Under the pieces are notes generated by a model. That model was not told the DNA's origin and ran no database searches. It was given only the letters and a program-made list of their open reading frames with translations. Positions 14,080 to 30,372 of a stretch of DNA of 64,000 nucleotides are shown here, one piece after another. Each line of letters starts with the position of its first letter. Within the stretch, counting starts at the first letter, position 1. Position numbers and translations under genes: made by a program. The stretch comes from the human T2T-CHM13v2.0 reference genome, Homo sapiens: the NCBI RefSeq assembly GCF_009914755.1, contig NC_060938.1. One strand, written 5' to 3'.

Positions 14080-14240
14080 AGGAGTCTCAGACTTCACAGT
14101 GCATCAGAATCACCCAAGGGTCTATTACAGGCAGATTGCTGGGCTCCCATCAGCAGCTCTGGTTCAGTAAGGCAGGTAGCAGGCAAGGAGTCTGTATGTG
14201 TGATAGATGGCCAGGTGACCCCAATGCCGTGGTCCTGGGA
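14080..14240. mobile_element. MER5A hAT-Charlie MITE fragment
   Basis: gcatcagaatcaccc...gcagattgctgggctccc...ctggttcagta MER5A motifs. Confidence 0.65.
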
Positions 14241-14344
14241 GCCCTGCATGTTATGGGAGAGGTAGAGCCTGTGGACCTCACCTTGACGCAACCCCACCCT
14301 AGCTGACAAAATCAAAAGCCAATCACCTTTGGTAGAGTTCACGC

Positions 14345-14902
14345 TGTTACAGGAAAGGAGTCCAGATCCTGACCCCAAGAGAGGGTTCTTGGATCTCGCG
14401 CAAGAAACAACTAAGGGCGAGCCTGTAGAGTAAAGTGAAAGCAACCTTATTAAGAAAGTAAAGAAATAATAGAATGGCAACTCCATAGACAGAGCAGCCC
14501 CGAGGGCAGCTGTTTGCCCATTTTTATGGTTATTTCTTGATGACATGCTAAACAAGGGGTGGATTATTCAGGCCTTCCCTTTTTAGACCATATAAGGTAA
14601 CTTCCTGACGTTCCCATGGCATTTGTAAACTGTCATGTTGCTGGTGAAAGTGTAGCTGTGAGGACGACCAGAGGTCAGTCACTCTCGTTGCCACCTTGGT
14701 TTTGGTAGGTTTGGCTTGGCTTCTTTACTGCAACCTGTTTTATCAGCAACGTCTTCATGACCTGTATCTGGTGCTGACCTCGTATCCCATCCTGTGACTT
14801 AGAATGCCTTAACTGTCTGGGAATGCAGCCCAGTAGGTCTCAGCCTCATTTTACCCAACCCTTACTCAAGATGGAGTTGCTCTGGTTCAAACGCCTCTGA
14901 CA
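14345..14902 (-). mobile_element. MER41A-type solo LTR
   Basis: tgttacaggaaagg...gttgctctggttcaaacgcctctgaca is the reverse of MER41. Lacks the tandem GAS segment of MER41B. Confidence 0.85.
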
Positions 14903-16221
14903 AAACCATCATCTCCTAAAATCAGGATTCAGGATTTCTGTGAGAATAAGGGCTCTGCCCATTCTGTGCTCCCACTCACAGACTCACAGACGAGGCTCTG
15001 AGACAGGAGGAGCTCAACGGCAGCTGCAGCCTGTATCTGTCAGTGGCAGAGCTGGGATTAGAAGCCTCGCCATCACCCCGCTCCACAGTGCCACAGCCAC
15101 AGCCATGACTGTCGCAGAAAAGTCATCCCTGGCTCTCCACCAGCCTGTCAGGGCCCAGGATGGGTCAGCTGCTAGAGTCCCTGCTGTTCTGCCTATAGGG
15201 CATGTTAACTGAATAGAGTGCTCTGGGGAGCCAGTGGGATGAGTCTGTAGTGAAGACAACTCAGGTGCTGTGACAGGAGAGAGTTACTGGCAGATCAGGT
15301 CTTTCTCCCAAGCCTCTAATCAGAGCACAAAAGAGTCATTCAGTCATCACTGAGAAAATTCCAACAAAGAATGTCATTAAGTACTTTGCATTTAATAAAG
15401 GGCCTTTAAGTGCAATAGCATATATAAAGCCACCCTGGAGTGGCATTAATGGTCAGACTTTGGGTCTATGGAAAGCTAATTGAAATGTTTTTGGAGTCCC
15501 TGTCTGAGCCCTTCCAGCAACAGGAAACTCACTAGTCCTGAAGACAGAGTGTTCTGTTTGGGGATGCCCCTGAGTGCAGTTCAAATTCCTTTTTGCCAGG
15601 CTCTTCAGCCACAGGTCTGTGTAGTATCCACAGCGGAAAGAGGTCTCTCCCCCGTGGGTCCCATCAGGAGCTAGGGAGAGAGGAGCTCTGCAATTGCAGA
15701 GTTCATTGTGTTCTGAGAAGGCAAATCATTTATTGTGGGGACAATTTAGCCAATTAGCAGAATTTAGCTAAAAGCATTTCTTATGCACCAGAGCCCCCTG
15801 CTGGCTAAATAGAAGTATTGATAGTCCTGCAGAAGGACCCTCTAAGTTGGAGCACTCCCAATTTAGGATATCCGGACTTTCTGCTGGTGGAATCAAATCA
15901 CACACCTTCAAAATCTGTTGAGAATCGTGTGGCTTATCCCATAATGAGTTCCAGGGGTCAACTATTTAGGAGGTGGAGGGAGTTAATTAGAGTCCATTAG
16001 AGTCCTATTTCACTCAGGACACTGAGATGAATTCCCAGATGAATTAAAGAGTTACATATTAAAATATAGAATACTAAAAGAACCAGGAGAAAATAAATAT
16101 GGATCCATATTAATTTGATTCATAATGGAAAATACCTTATAAATGTAGAACCAAAGTAAGATTTTATAAATGAAAATATAAATAGATTTGGCAAGGGAAA
16201 AGACGTTTATTTCTTCATAGC

Positions 16222-16605
16222 AGTCATCTTAGACTGAAACAGACCTAGGATGGAGACTTGTGTGCAGGAGGTTTATTGGGAAAGGCTATTGGAATGGCAC
16301 CTGCAAGAGAATGAGTAGGACAGGTGGAGGGACACATTGAACGGCAATGCAATAGCAAGAGGGCTGAGGATGGCCCCTTCAGCTGTCCTGAATTAAAGTC
16401 AAGGGCTCAGAGCTTTGTGTGTCCTAATGGCCCAATCATTGGATGTGAGATCCACTAGGGAGGCAGCTTCCTTAGGCAAGGACAATTCCTAGGGAAGGAC
16501 TCTGCTTGAGCCATGAGCAGGCAGCACTCCTGGCAGCTGGGGAAATAGGTGCCTCTATCCTTCACTGGGAATCTGGGTGGCACACTACAGCATCCACTAC
16601 ACCCA
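16222..16605 (-). mobile_element. LTR33/LTR16-like ERVL LTR
   Basis: gtgtgcaggaggtttattggg and ccaatcattggatg motifs in reverse orientation. Confidence 0.5.
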
Positions 16606-17112
16606 TGCTTGGCTATGCCCATGCGCATTTTATCCTACCCTTGGCAACACTTACAATTGATATGTTTAAATACTTGCCAGGGTAAAAATAAAATAATATA
16701 GTCTTAATTTGTTGAAGTACCTTTTTGTTAATATATTTACTGATTTTATCCCATATTTTGTAGCTTGCCTAGTCAAATTCCTTGTTTCCTTTTCTACTAA
16801 TTTTAGTTTCTCTAAGTGTATTCTTAAGAACTTTAAAACTTTATACTCTAATTTATGTTTACCCTCCATTCCAACCAGTTAGATTTCATTTTCTTCCTTT
16901 TCCTTAAAAGCCTGAAGGTAGCATCTTTAATGAATGCTAGCTGTCAACTGCTGAAATGACAGTCAAGTTCTTTCAAGAAAAATTTATCTTCTAGCAAAAA
17001 ATCATTTAGCTCCACTTGTAGATGTTCTGAAATCTAGATATGGTTACTGAATCTTTTGTATCCCCAAACGTGTACATGGGCAAGCCTCTAAAAAAGCCAT
17101 ATACTCTTTTAA

Positions 17113-18968
17113 AATTATTCTTTATTTAACTTTTATTTTAAGTTCAGGGCTACACATGCAGGTTTGTTACATAGGTAAACTTTTGCCATGGTTTTTTTTT
17201 TTAACAGATTATTTAATCACCCAGCTATTAAGCCTAATACCCATTAGTTATTTCTCCTGATCCTCTCTCTCCTCCTACCTCCTTCCTCCAATAGTCCCAA
17301 CTGTGTGTTGTTCCCCTCTATGCGTTCATGTGTTCTCATCATTTAGCTCCCACTTATAAGTGAGAACATGCACTGTTTGGTTTTCTGTTCCTGTGTTAGT
17401 TTGCTGAAGATAATGGCTTCCAGCTCCATCCATGCCCCTGTAAAGGACATGATCTAATTCCTTTTTATGGCTGCATGGTATTCCGTGGTGTATATGTACC
17501 ACATTTTCTTTATCTAGTGTATCATTGATGGGCATTTGAGTTGATTTCATGGTGCTGCAATGAGCATATGTGTGTATGTATCTTTATAATAGAATGATTT
17601 ATATTCCTTTGGGTTATATATACCCAGTAATGGGATTGCTGAGTCAAATGGTATTTCTATTTCTAGGTCTTTGAGGAATAGCCTGTATTACACAATTGTT
17701 GAACTAACTTACACTCCCACCAACAGTGTATAAGTATTCCTTTTTCTCTGCAAACTCACCAGCATCTGCTATTTTTTAATTTTTTAATAGTAGCCATTCT
17801 GGCTGGTGTGAGATGGTATCTCATTGTGGTGTTGATTTGCATTTCTCTAATGAACAGTAATATTGATTTTTTTCCATATGACTGTTGGCCACATGTATGT
17901 CTTCTTTTGAAAAGGGTCTGTTCTGTTCATGTCCTTGGCCCACTTTTTAATGGGTTTTTTTTTCTTGTAAATTTGTTTAAGTTCCTTATAGATGCTAGAT
18001 ATTAGACCTTTGTCAGATGCATAGTTTGCAAAATTTTTCTCCCATTCTGTAGACTGTCTTTTTACTCTGTTGATAGTTTCCTTTTCTGTGGAGAAGCTCT
18101 TCAGTTTAATTACATCCCATGTGTCAATTTTTGCTTCTGTTGCAATTGCTTCTGGGTCTTTGTCATGAACTCTTTGCCTGCTCCTATGTCCAGAATGGTA
18201 TTGCCTAGGTTGTCTTCCAGAGTTTTTATGGTTTTGGGTTTTACATTTAAGTCTTTAATCCATCTCGAGTTGATTTTTGTATATGGTGTAAGGAAGGTGT
18301 TTAGTTTCAATCTTCTGCATATGGCTAGCCAGTTCTCCCAGCACCATTTATTGAATAGGGAATCCTTTCCCCATTGCTTGTTTTTGTCAGGTTTGTTGAA
18401 GATCAGATAGTTGTGAGTGTGTGGTCTTATTTCTGGATCTCTATTCTGTTCCACTGGTCTATGCATCTGTTTTTGTACCAGTACTATGCTGTTTTAATTA
18501 CTGTAACCCTGTAATATAATTTGAAGTTGGGTACTATGATGCCTCCAGCTTTGTTCTTTCTGCTTAGGATTGCCTTGACTTTTTGGGCTCCTTTTTAGTT
18601 CTATATGAATTTTAAAACAGTTTTTTTTTCTAGTTCTGTGACGAATGTCAATGGTAGTTTAATAGGAATAGCATTGAATCTATAAATTTCTCTGGGCGGT
18701 ATGGCCATTTTAACGATATTGATTCTTTCTATCCATGAGCATGGAATATTTTTTCCATTTGTTAGTGTCATCTCTGATTTCTTTGAGCAGGGTTTTATAG
18801 GTCTCCTTGTAGATATCTTTCACCACTCTGGTTAGCTGTATTCCTAGGTATTTTATTTTTGTGTGGCAATTTTGAATGAGAGTTTTTTCCTGATTTGGCT
18901 CTAAGTTTGACTGTTGTTGGTGTATAGGAATGCTAGTGATTTTAGAACATTGATTTTTACATCCTGAG
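17113..18968 (-). mobile_element. 5'-truncated L1 (older L1PA, about PA13-16), 1.85 kb
   Basis: L1 3'UTR and ORF2 C-terminal pieces (18110-18466 [26 protein letters not shown]). Degenerate TSD aaaagccatatactcttttaa / aaatgccatatatttttaa. Confidence 0.9.
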
Positions 18969-19840
18969 AAAATGCCATATATTTTTAAGGATCACCTTCC
19001 AAGAAAAAGTCATTAGTTGTCAAGATAGGAGACTTTTCTTCATAATGAATATAAATGTCACATGTTGGCATAGTGAAAGTGTTTGGAGAAATGCTGTTGT
19101 TAAAATAGACTTGGTGAGGCTGAGACTTTGAAATCACCTCCCTTTAAGTAAAAGAAAATAGACAATTCAAAATAGAAGCAATAAAGATTCTATCTATTGC
19201 ATCCATTTAACTCAATGTCCCAGGTAATTGTTGAATGTCTGCCCTCTGGAAGGCACTGGGCTAAGCTTGAGTGATTTATGTGTAGCTTCTTCAGTAGAGC
19301 ATTCAAAGTCCTTTGTGTTCTTGTTCAACCTAAGGTTAGATACTTTCCTCCAGTCACATCTACAATGATGCTTAAAGTGCAGCCACACAGGACCCTGGGG
19401 TGGTCCCAGAATGTGTTGTCTGCCTCTCACATGCCGCCTTGTTGATGAGAGTCCTTCTAGCATCCCCCTTCTCCACATCAGGAGCTGCTACTGAGATCCC
19501 AACCTGTAGCTCAAATCTTCTTTCCATGTCAACTGTTTGCTTGCCCCTGTCCCTAGCAAAAGCTAACCCTTCCTTCTCTAGGTTCCTACAGCACTTTGTC
19601 CAGTGCCAACCATAGTCTTTCTGTAGATTTTGACAATTGCTCTCTCCAACGTCCTATGTGGCCACAAGAGAGTGAGGTGAGCCCTTCACATTGTGCAATG
19701 TGCAGCCAATAGGCATTGTAACAAAAGTTTGTGAATAAACAAATGAGTAGATCTGGAAAGCATTTTGTAGTTTACAAAATGTTTTCACAGACTTGACGCA
19801 ATTTAATCCTCACACCAGCCCTGAAGGCTTGAAATTGTTA

Positions 19841-19885
19841 TGAGAGAGAAAGAGAGAGAGAGAGAGAGAAAGGAGACAGAGAGTA
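19841..19885. repeat. (GA)n microsatellite
   Basis: Direct reading. Confidence 0.85.
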
Positions 19886-21684
19886 AAACAGGTCCCTGCC
19901 CTCAAAAGGTTTACAAGCTGATGAGGGAGACAGAGATATTGTAAGCACTGGACAGTAATAGAAACCTAGACAAGATACTGCAGAATCAGATTTGGGGGTC
20001 AAGAGGTAAAAAAGGTGAATTCCAACTTAAGGGGAAAATAAATAATATTCATTTTGGTTTTTCTATGAGTGAGAGAAATCCTAGCAATAACTTGAACACA
20101 CCACACAGGGGCAGAAGAAGCTCATTATCATTAGGATTTAATATTCCTCCATGAGTGCGTGCCTGCTCATAATTCTACATTGAGTGGAGATGCCAAAAGA
20201 AATGAGGATCCTCACATTTATTGAGTGCCTACTGTATGCCAGAAAGTTTACATGGAGAGAGTTGGTTAATCCTTTAGCACAAGTAATCCTGTAAGGGATT
20301 CTTATCTGTCCTCCCCATCTCCTTTCCAAATTCTCTCCACTTCCTTTCCTCCCCCACCGTGATGTGACTTGTCCATTGTCACACATGTGGCCCAAAGTGG
20401 AGCTGGCGTTCAAATTCATGTCAGATTCCAAAGTCTAACTGCATTTCTTTCATTTCTTTTACTTTTTTTACTTTTTCTTTTTCACACTTTTAAAATCACA
20501 CCAATAATACAAAAATACATTCTCATCATTAATAAAGACATTGCAGATAAACACATGTCACCCTGACCCTCACCTAATCCCACCACATGCCCACATATAC
20601 AAATGTTTCTCTCAGTTTGGTGTATCTCTTTCCAGATGTTTGTCCATGCACTTGCAAACATGTAGATATTTATTTAAACAAAAATGAGTTCACATAGAAT
20701 CATTATTTCACTGTTGTGATATACTTATTGTCTTAAAATATATCTTATAATTACATACTATGTTCAAAATTTCATGATGAGCAGAATTTGTTTTTGCAAA
20801 ATAATCCATTAGAGTGGATGAAACTAATGAGGTCTTTGATTGATTATTGTTGTAGCTGGGTGATGGGGTTCATTATACTGCAATCTGCCATAATACAGTT
20901 TTAAAAAATACTCATAGACTTCCATTCTCCACTTAGGAGATAGGCAAATGGAAAAAAAAATCGCTTCCATCTTTACAACAACAAATATGCTGGACAACCT
21001 GTAAATCTTGCACCTGTTAAAGAACTGAGGTCACAGGGCAACCAACTAATGTGAAATCTAAGGAAATACAGGATCCCCCAAGAAGAAAGGGGAGGTGAGC
21101 CCTTGCTTACCTGTGGTAAATCTCACCAGACACTGGTAAGAAAAATCAGCTAAAAATGCTAACAAATTGCTAAAGGACAAATACAGACAGGTGAGAGGAT
21201 ATAGAACTACTGGGAATCACAAGCACAAGGGGAATATGTAGCTGCTAGCTAGCTGTTCTCCAAGCTAGATGATTACAAGAAAGATGGGGTCAGAGCATGA
21301 GTGCTGAGAGGCATCACTGATGGTGCTGACCCAGGAGAAAGGCACAGTAGTCACTGTGAGAAAAACATTAAACCCTACCTGGATCCTTTTTTCTATGTCT
21401 CCTACAGAACAAATGGCTTATACCCCTGGGGAAAGACAATACACACTCTGTCACACTTAGCACATTGATGGAAACCCATTCTAGCTGGGAGAAGGAACAT
21501 AAAAATACATTCTACCTTTGCAGAAGGTGCAAGATCACTGTCCCCTGACCAGACCCACAGTTGGAAGTGTGCGATACTGCTGAGAAGGCCCCATCTCCAA
21601 GACCCAGGGACACAGTTCTTGCCTCTAAAACTGAGGCTTAGCCAGAACAGGAGAGGATGCCCCAGCTCTGCCTCTCTTTAGAGG

Positions 21685-21852
21685 CAGAAATGACATCATG
21701 GCCAATGACTTGTGTGATCACACAGCCCATGCTTAGAAGGGTCCTGCATTTGGTTTAATACTCTACTATTGCCATCCTGACAGTTTTAATACTTTCTGAG
21801 CAAGGAGCCCTTCATTTTTATTTTTCACCTGCAAACTCTGTAGCACATCCTG
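21685..21852 (+). mobile_element. MER45A hAT-Tip100 MITE
   Basis: tcacacagcccatgcttagaagggtcctgcatttggtttaatactct...gcaaactctgtagcacatcctg matches recalled MER45A. Confidence 0.7.
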
Positions 21853-22198
21853 TCAACAGGCTACAACAGCGTCAAGTAACAAATAACAGCAGTTTCCAGC
21901 TGGGAAAGAGACAAGAGCATGAAGAGAGACTCTTTCTCTCTTTCTCTCTCTGTCTCTCCAGGCATGGCACAAAGGAAAACTTAAAGTCAAGGGTGAAGCA
22001 GATATTGACTAAAAAAACCACTCTTTAAGAGCAGCCCATATGCTAGATATGACTTCATTGGTGAATTCTACCAAACATTCAAGGAAGAAATATGAATTAC
22101 ACACAAACTCTTCCAGAATGTAGAAGAGGAGGAAAGACTTCCCAGCTCATTTTCTGAGGCCAGCATTACACAGGTACCAAAACCATCCAAAGAAATTC

Positions 22199-22200
<2 letters not shown>

Positions 22201-22243
<43 letters not shown>
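22201..22243. repeat. (CA)21 microsatellite
   Basis: Direct reading. Confidence 0.95.
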
Positions 22244-22247
<4 letters not shown>

Positions 22248-23224
22248 AGAAGAATATCACTCACGGATACAGATACAAAAAATTCTTCAGCAAAAATATT
22301 AGCAAATTGTGCCATATATATGTACGTATATGGTAATACATTATTACTAAGTGGGATCTTTTGCAGGAAGTTCAGGCCATTTCAACATCCAAAAATCAAT
22401 CAATGTAATTAATCACATCAACAGACTAAAAATGAAAAACCATGTAACCCTCTCTATAGATGCAGAAAAAAATAATTTAATACAATTCAACAAGTCTTAA
22501 AAAATATTGAATAGAAAGAAACTTTCTTAACTCAAGAAAGGATACGTACCAAAAAAAAAAAAAAGCCACAGTTAATATCATACTTAAAATAGAAGGCTAA
22601 ATATTTTCCCCAAAGATCAACAACAAGGCTGGGATGCCCCTCCTCACCATGCTTATTTAACATCATACTGGAGTTCCTAGCTAGTTTAATAATGTAATAA
22701 ATAAATGTCTCTACTTGCAGACAATGTGAGTTTCTATGTAGAAAATCCCAAAGAATCTACCCAAAAAGCTACCAGAACTACTAATTTTCACAAGGTCATA
22801 GGATTAAAGGTCAACATTTAAAAATCAATCAGGGGGTGGGGTCAAGATGGCTGACTAGAAGCAGCAATGGTCGGAGGCTCCCACCGAGAAGAAACAAAAC
22901 AGCATGCAAATCCTACACCTGCAACCAAGATATTCAGGTTCTATCATCAGGACTAACTAGGTGGTTGGCATGACCCACGGAGAGCAAAGAGAAGCAGGAT
23001 GGTGCATCAGCCTACCTGAGAGCCACACGGGACAAGGGGAGCACCCCCATGCCCAGCCAAAGGAGGCGGTGAGTGAGTGTGCTACCCAGCCTGAGAAATT
23101 GTGCTTTTTCCACAGATCTGTGCAACCCACAGATCAGAAGTTTCCACTCATGAGCCTACGCCACCAGGGCCTTGGGTCCCAACCACAGAGCCACACAGAT
23201 TCTCAACAGCCTCTCAGCTGAAAT

Positions 23225-23530
23225 CTGCTTAAGACTACAGAGTTCCCAGCAGGAGGGGCGGCCATCATCACTGTGCCTGCCTGTTGTCTAAGTCATCTGA
23301 GCTCCCTAGGGGAGGGGCAGCAACCATCACTGTGGTTACCAGCTGCCAGCTGCCTAAGACAACTGAGATTCCTGAGAAAGGGGCAGCCATCATCACTGTG
23401 GCTGCCAGCTGGCTAAGAAAGTTGAGCTCCCCAGGGAAGAGACGGCAGACATCACTCCGGCTGCTAGCTGCCTAAGACACTGAACTCCTGGGGAGGGGGG
23501 ACGGCAGCAGCCATCACTATAGCTCCAGGC
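23225..23530 (+). repeat. About 5 diverged 56-66 bp tandem units in the L1 5'UTR
   Basis: Recurrent ctgcctaagac..ctgagctccc..ggaggggc.gc..ccatcactgtggctgc unit. Confidence 0.8.
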
Positions 23531-24270
23531 TGCATTTCTCCCCTGCTAGAGCCAGGGAGACTGCATGGCTTGGTCCCGAGAGGTATTCCCCACAGCATAG
23601 CACACCAGCTATGACAGACTATGGCCAGACTGCCTCTTTAGGCTGGACCCTGACTCATCCCACCTCACTGGGTGGGGCCTCCCTGTAGGAACTCCAGTAA
23701 CTCCAGCCAGGGGCTTAGGGGCAAAACTCTGATCTCCCTGGACCTGAGCCCCTATGGGGAGGGGTGGCCATGGTCTCTGTTGACCCGCAGACTTAGTCTC
23801 TCTGCTTGCTAGCTCTGAGGAATCTGGGCAGCCCAGATTAGTGGGTTTCCCCTTAGTGCAGCACACCCCCTCCACCAAGAGACAGCCAAAGTGCTTCATT
23901 AAATGGGTCCTGATTCCCATGCCCCCCAGTTGGGTGAGAGCTCCCAACAGGGGTCGCCAGACACCCTATACAGGAGCACTCCTACTGCCATCAGGTCAGT
24001 GCCCCTTGAAGTCAGAGATCCCAGTAGAAGGAGCAGGCACCCATCTTTGCTGTTCTCCAGCTTCCTCCAGTGACATCTCCAGGTGGGGGAAGGACCCAGA
24101 TGAATAAGGCCTCAGCAAACTGCAGCAGCCCTACAGAAGAGGGATCTGACTGTTGAAATAAAAACAAGCAAGCAGAAAACAACAACAAAAGCTTCAACAA
24201 AAAAGTCCCCACAGAAAACTCGTCCAAAGGTCAGCAGCCTCAAAGATTGAAGCTAGACAATCTCATGAAG

Positions 24271-25280
24271 ATGAGGAAGAATCAACAATAAAATGCTGAA
24301 AACTCAAAAGGCCAGGGTGCCTCTTCTCCAAATGATTGCAACAGCTCTCCAGCAGGGGCACAGAACTGGACGGGGAATGAGATGGACAAATTGACAGAAG
24401 TAGCCTTCAGAAGGTGGGTAGTAACAAAATTCACTGAGATAAAGGAGCATATTCTAACCCAATGCAAAGAAGCTAAGACCCATGACAAGAGGTTACAGGA
24501 GCTGTTAACTAGAATAACCAGCTTAGAGAGGAACATAAATGACCTGATGGAGTTGAAAAACACAGCACAAGAAATTTATGATCCAAATATAAGTATCAGT
24601 AGCTGAATCAATCAAGTCAAACAAAGAATATCAGAGCTTGAAGACTATGCTGCTGAATTAAGGGAGGCAGGAAAAATTAGAGAAAAAAGAATGAAAAGAA
24701 ATGAACAAAACTTCCCAAAACAATGGGACTATGTAAAAAGACTAAACCTACGACTGATTGGAGTACCTGAAAGAGATGGGGATAATGCAACCAAGTTGGA
24801 AACACACTTCAGGATATCATCCAGGAGAACTTCCCCAACCTAGCAAGACAGGCCAATATTCAAATTCAGGAAATATAGAGAACCCCAGTAAGATACTCCA
24901 TGAGAAGATTAACTCCAAGACACAAAATTATCAGATTCTCCAAGGTTGAAATGCAGGAAAAAAATGTTAAGGGCAGCCAGAGAGAAAGGCTGGATCACCT
25001 ACAAAAGGAAGCGGTGGACCTCTCAGCAGAAACCCTACAAACCAGAAAAGAGTGGGGTCAATATTCAAAATTCTTAAAGAAAAGAATTTTCAACCCAGAA
25101 TTTCATATCCAGCCAAACTAAGCTTCATAAGCAAAGGAGAAATAAAATACTTTTCAGACAAGCAAATGCTGAGGGAACTTGTCACCATAAGGCCTGTCTT
25201 GCAAGAGCTCCTGAAGGAAGCAATAAATATGGAAAGGAAGAACTGGTACCAGCCACTGCAAAAACACACTGAAATACTAA
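24271..25280 (+). pseudogene. L1 ORF1p remnant with stops and frameshifts
   Basis: ORF pieces 24382-24606 (coiled-coil region) and 25052-25297 (KEKNFQPRISYPAKLSFIS). Confidence 0.88.
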
Positions 25281-25339
25281 GACCAATGACACTATGAAGA
25301 AACTGCATCCACTAGTGTGCAAAATAACCAGCTAGCATC

Positions 25340-29490
<4,151 letters not shown>

Positions 29491-30062
29491 ACAATGAGAA
29501 CATATGGACACAGGGAGGGTAACAACACACACTGGGACCTGTTGTTCCCCTCCCTGTGGGACCTGTTGCGGAGGGCAGGGGAAGGGAGAGCATCAGGGTA
29601 AATAGCTAATGCATGTGAGCTTAATACCTAGATGATGGGTTGATCTGTGCGGCAAACCACCACCGCACGTTTAACTACATAACAAACCTGCATGTTCTGC
29701 TCATGTATCCCAAAACTTAAAATAAAATCAAATTAAAAAAAAAAAACAGAGAAAGGGATTGCCAAAATTGTAAAGAAAAAATCATATTTCTTTATACTAC
29801 CAATGAAAAATTAGAACTTGAAATAAAAATAACAGTACATTTTAAATACTACCAAAAATATAAAATACTTGGGCATAAATATTATAAAATATGTGCAATA
29901 TCTATACTCTGATAGCTGCAAAACACTAATGAAAGCAATGAAAGAAGGCCTAAATAAATGAAGAGGCATATATTGTTCATGAATGGAAGATTCACTATTA
30001 TTAAGATGGCAATTATCACCAAACTGATATATAGATTTAGTGCGATTCCAATCAAAATCTCA

Positions 30063-30372
30063 GGCCAGGAGTGGTGGCACATGCCTTTAATCCCAGCACT
30101 TTGGGAGGCTGAGGCAGGAGGATTGCTTGAGCTCAGGAGTTTGAGACCAGCCTGGGCAACACGGTGAAACCCCATGTCTACAAAAAATACAAAAATTAGC
30201 TGGGTGTAATTGTGTTCACCTGTAGTACCAGCTACTCAGGAGGCTGAGGTGGAAGGATCACCTGAGCCTGGGAAGTCGAGGCTGCAGTGAGCCATGATCA
30301 TACCACTGCTCTCCAGCCTGGGTGAGAGAATGAGATCCTGTCTCAAAAAATAAAAATAAAAATAAATTTAAA
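30063..30372 (+). mobile_element. AluJ element
   Basis: ggattgcttgagctcaggagtttgagaccagcctgggcaac and gaggctgcagtgagccatgatc are AluJ diagnostics. (TAAAA)n tail. Confidence 0.88.

Larger units (their letters stand above)
20915..22830 (+). mobile_element. Ancient L1M fragments (5' region and ORF2), host of later insertions
   Basis: ORF2-like sequence 22045-22830 (ggtgaattctaccaaacatt..., atagatgcagaaaaa) whose continuation resumes at about 29785. Confidence 0.7.

Noticed and set aside
23225-23530. Spaced repeats superficially resembling a CRISPR array
   Set aside because: Diverged tandem units without unique spacers, inside an L1 5'UTR in primate DNA, with no cas genes.
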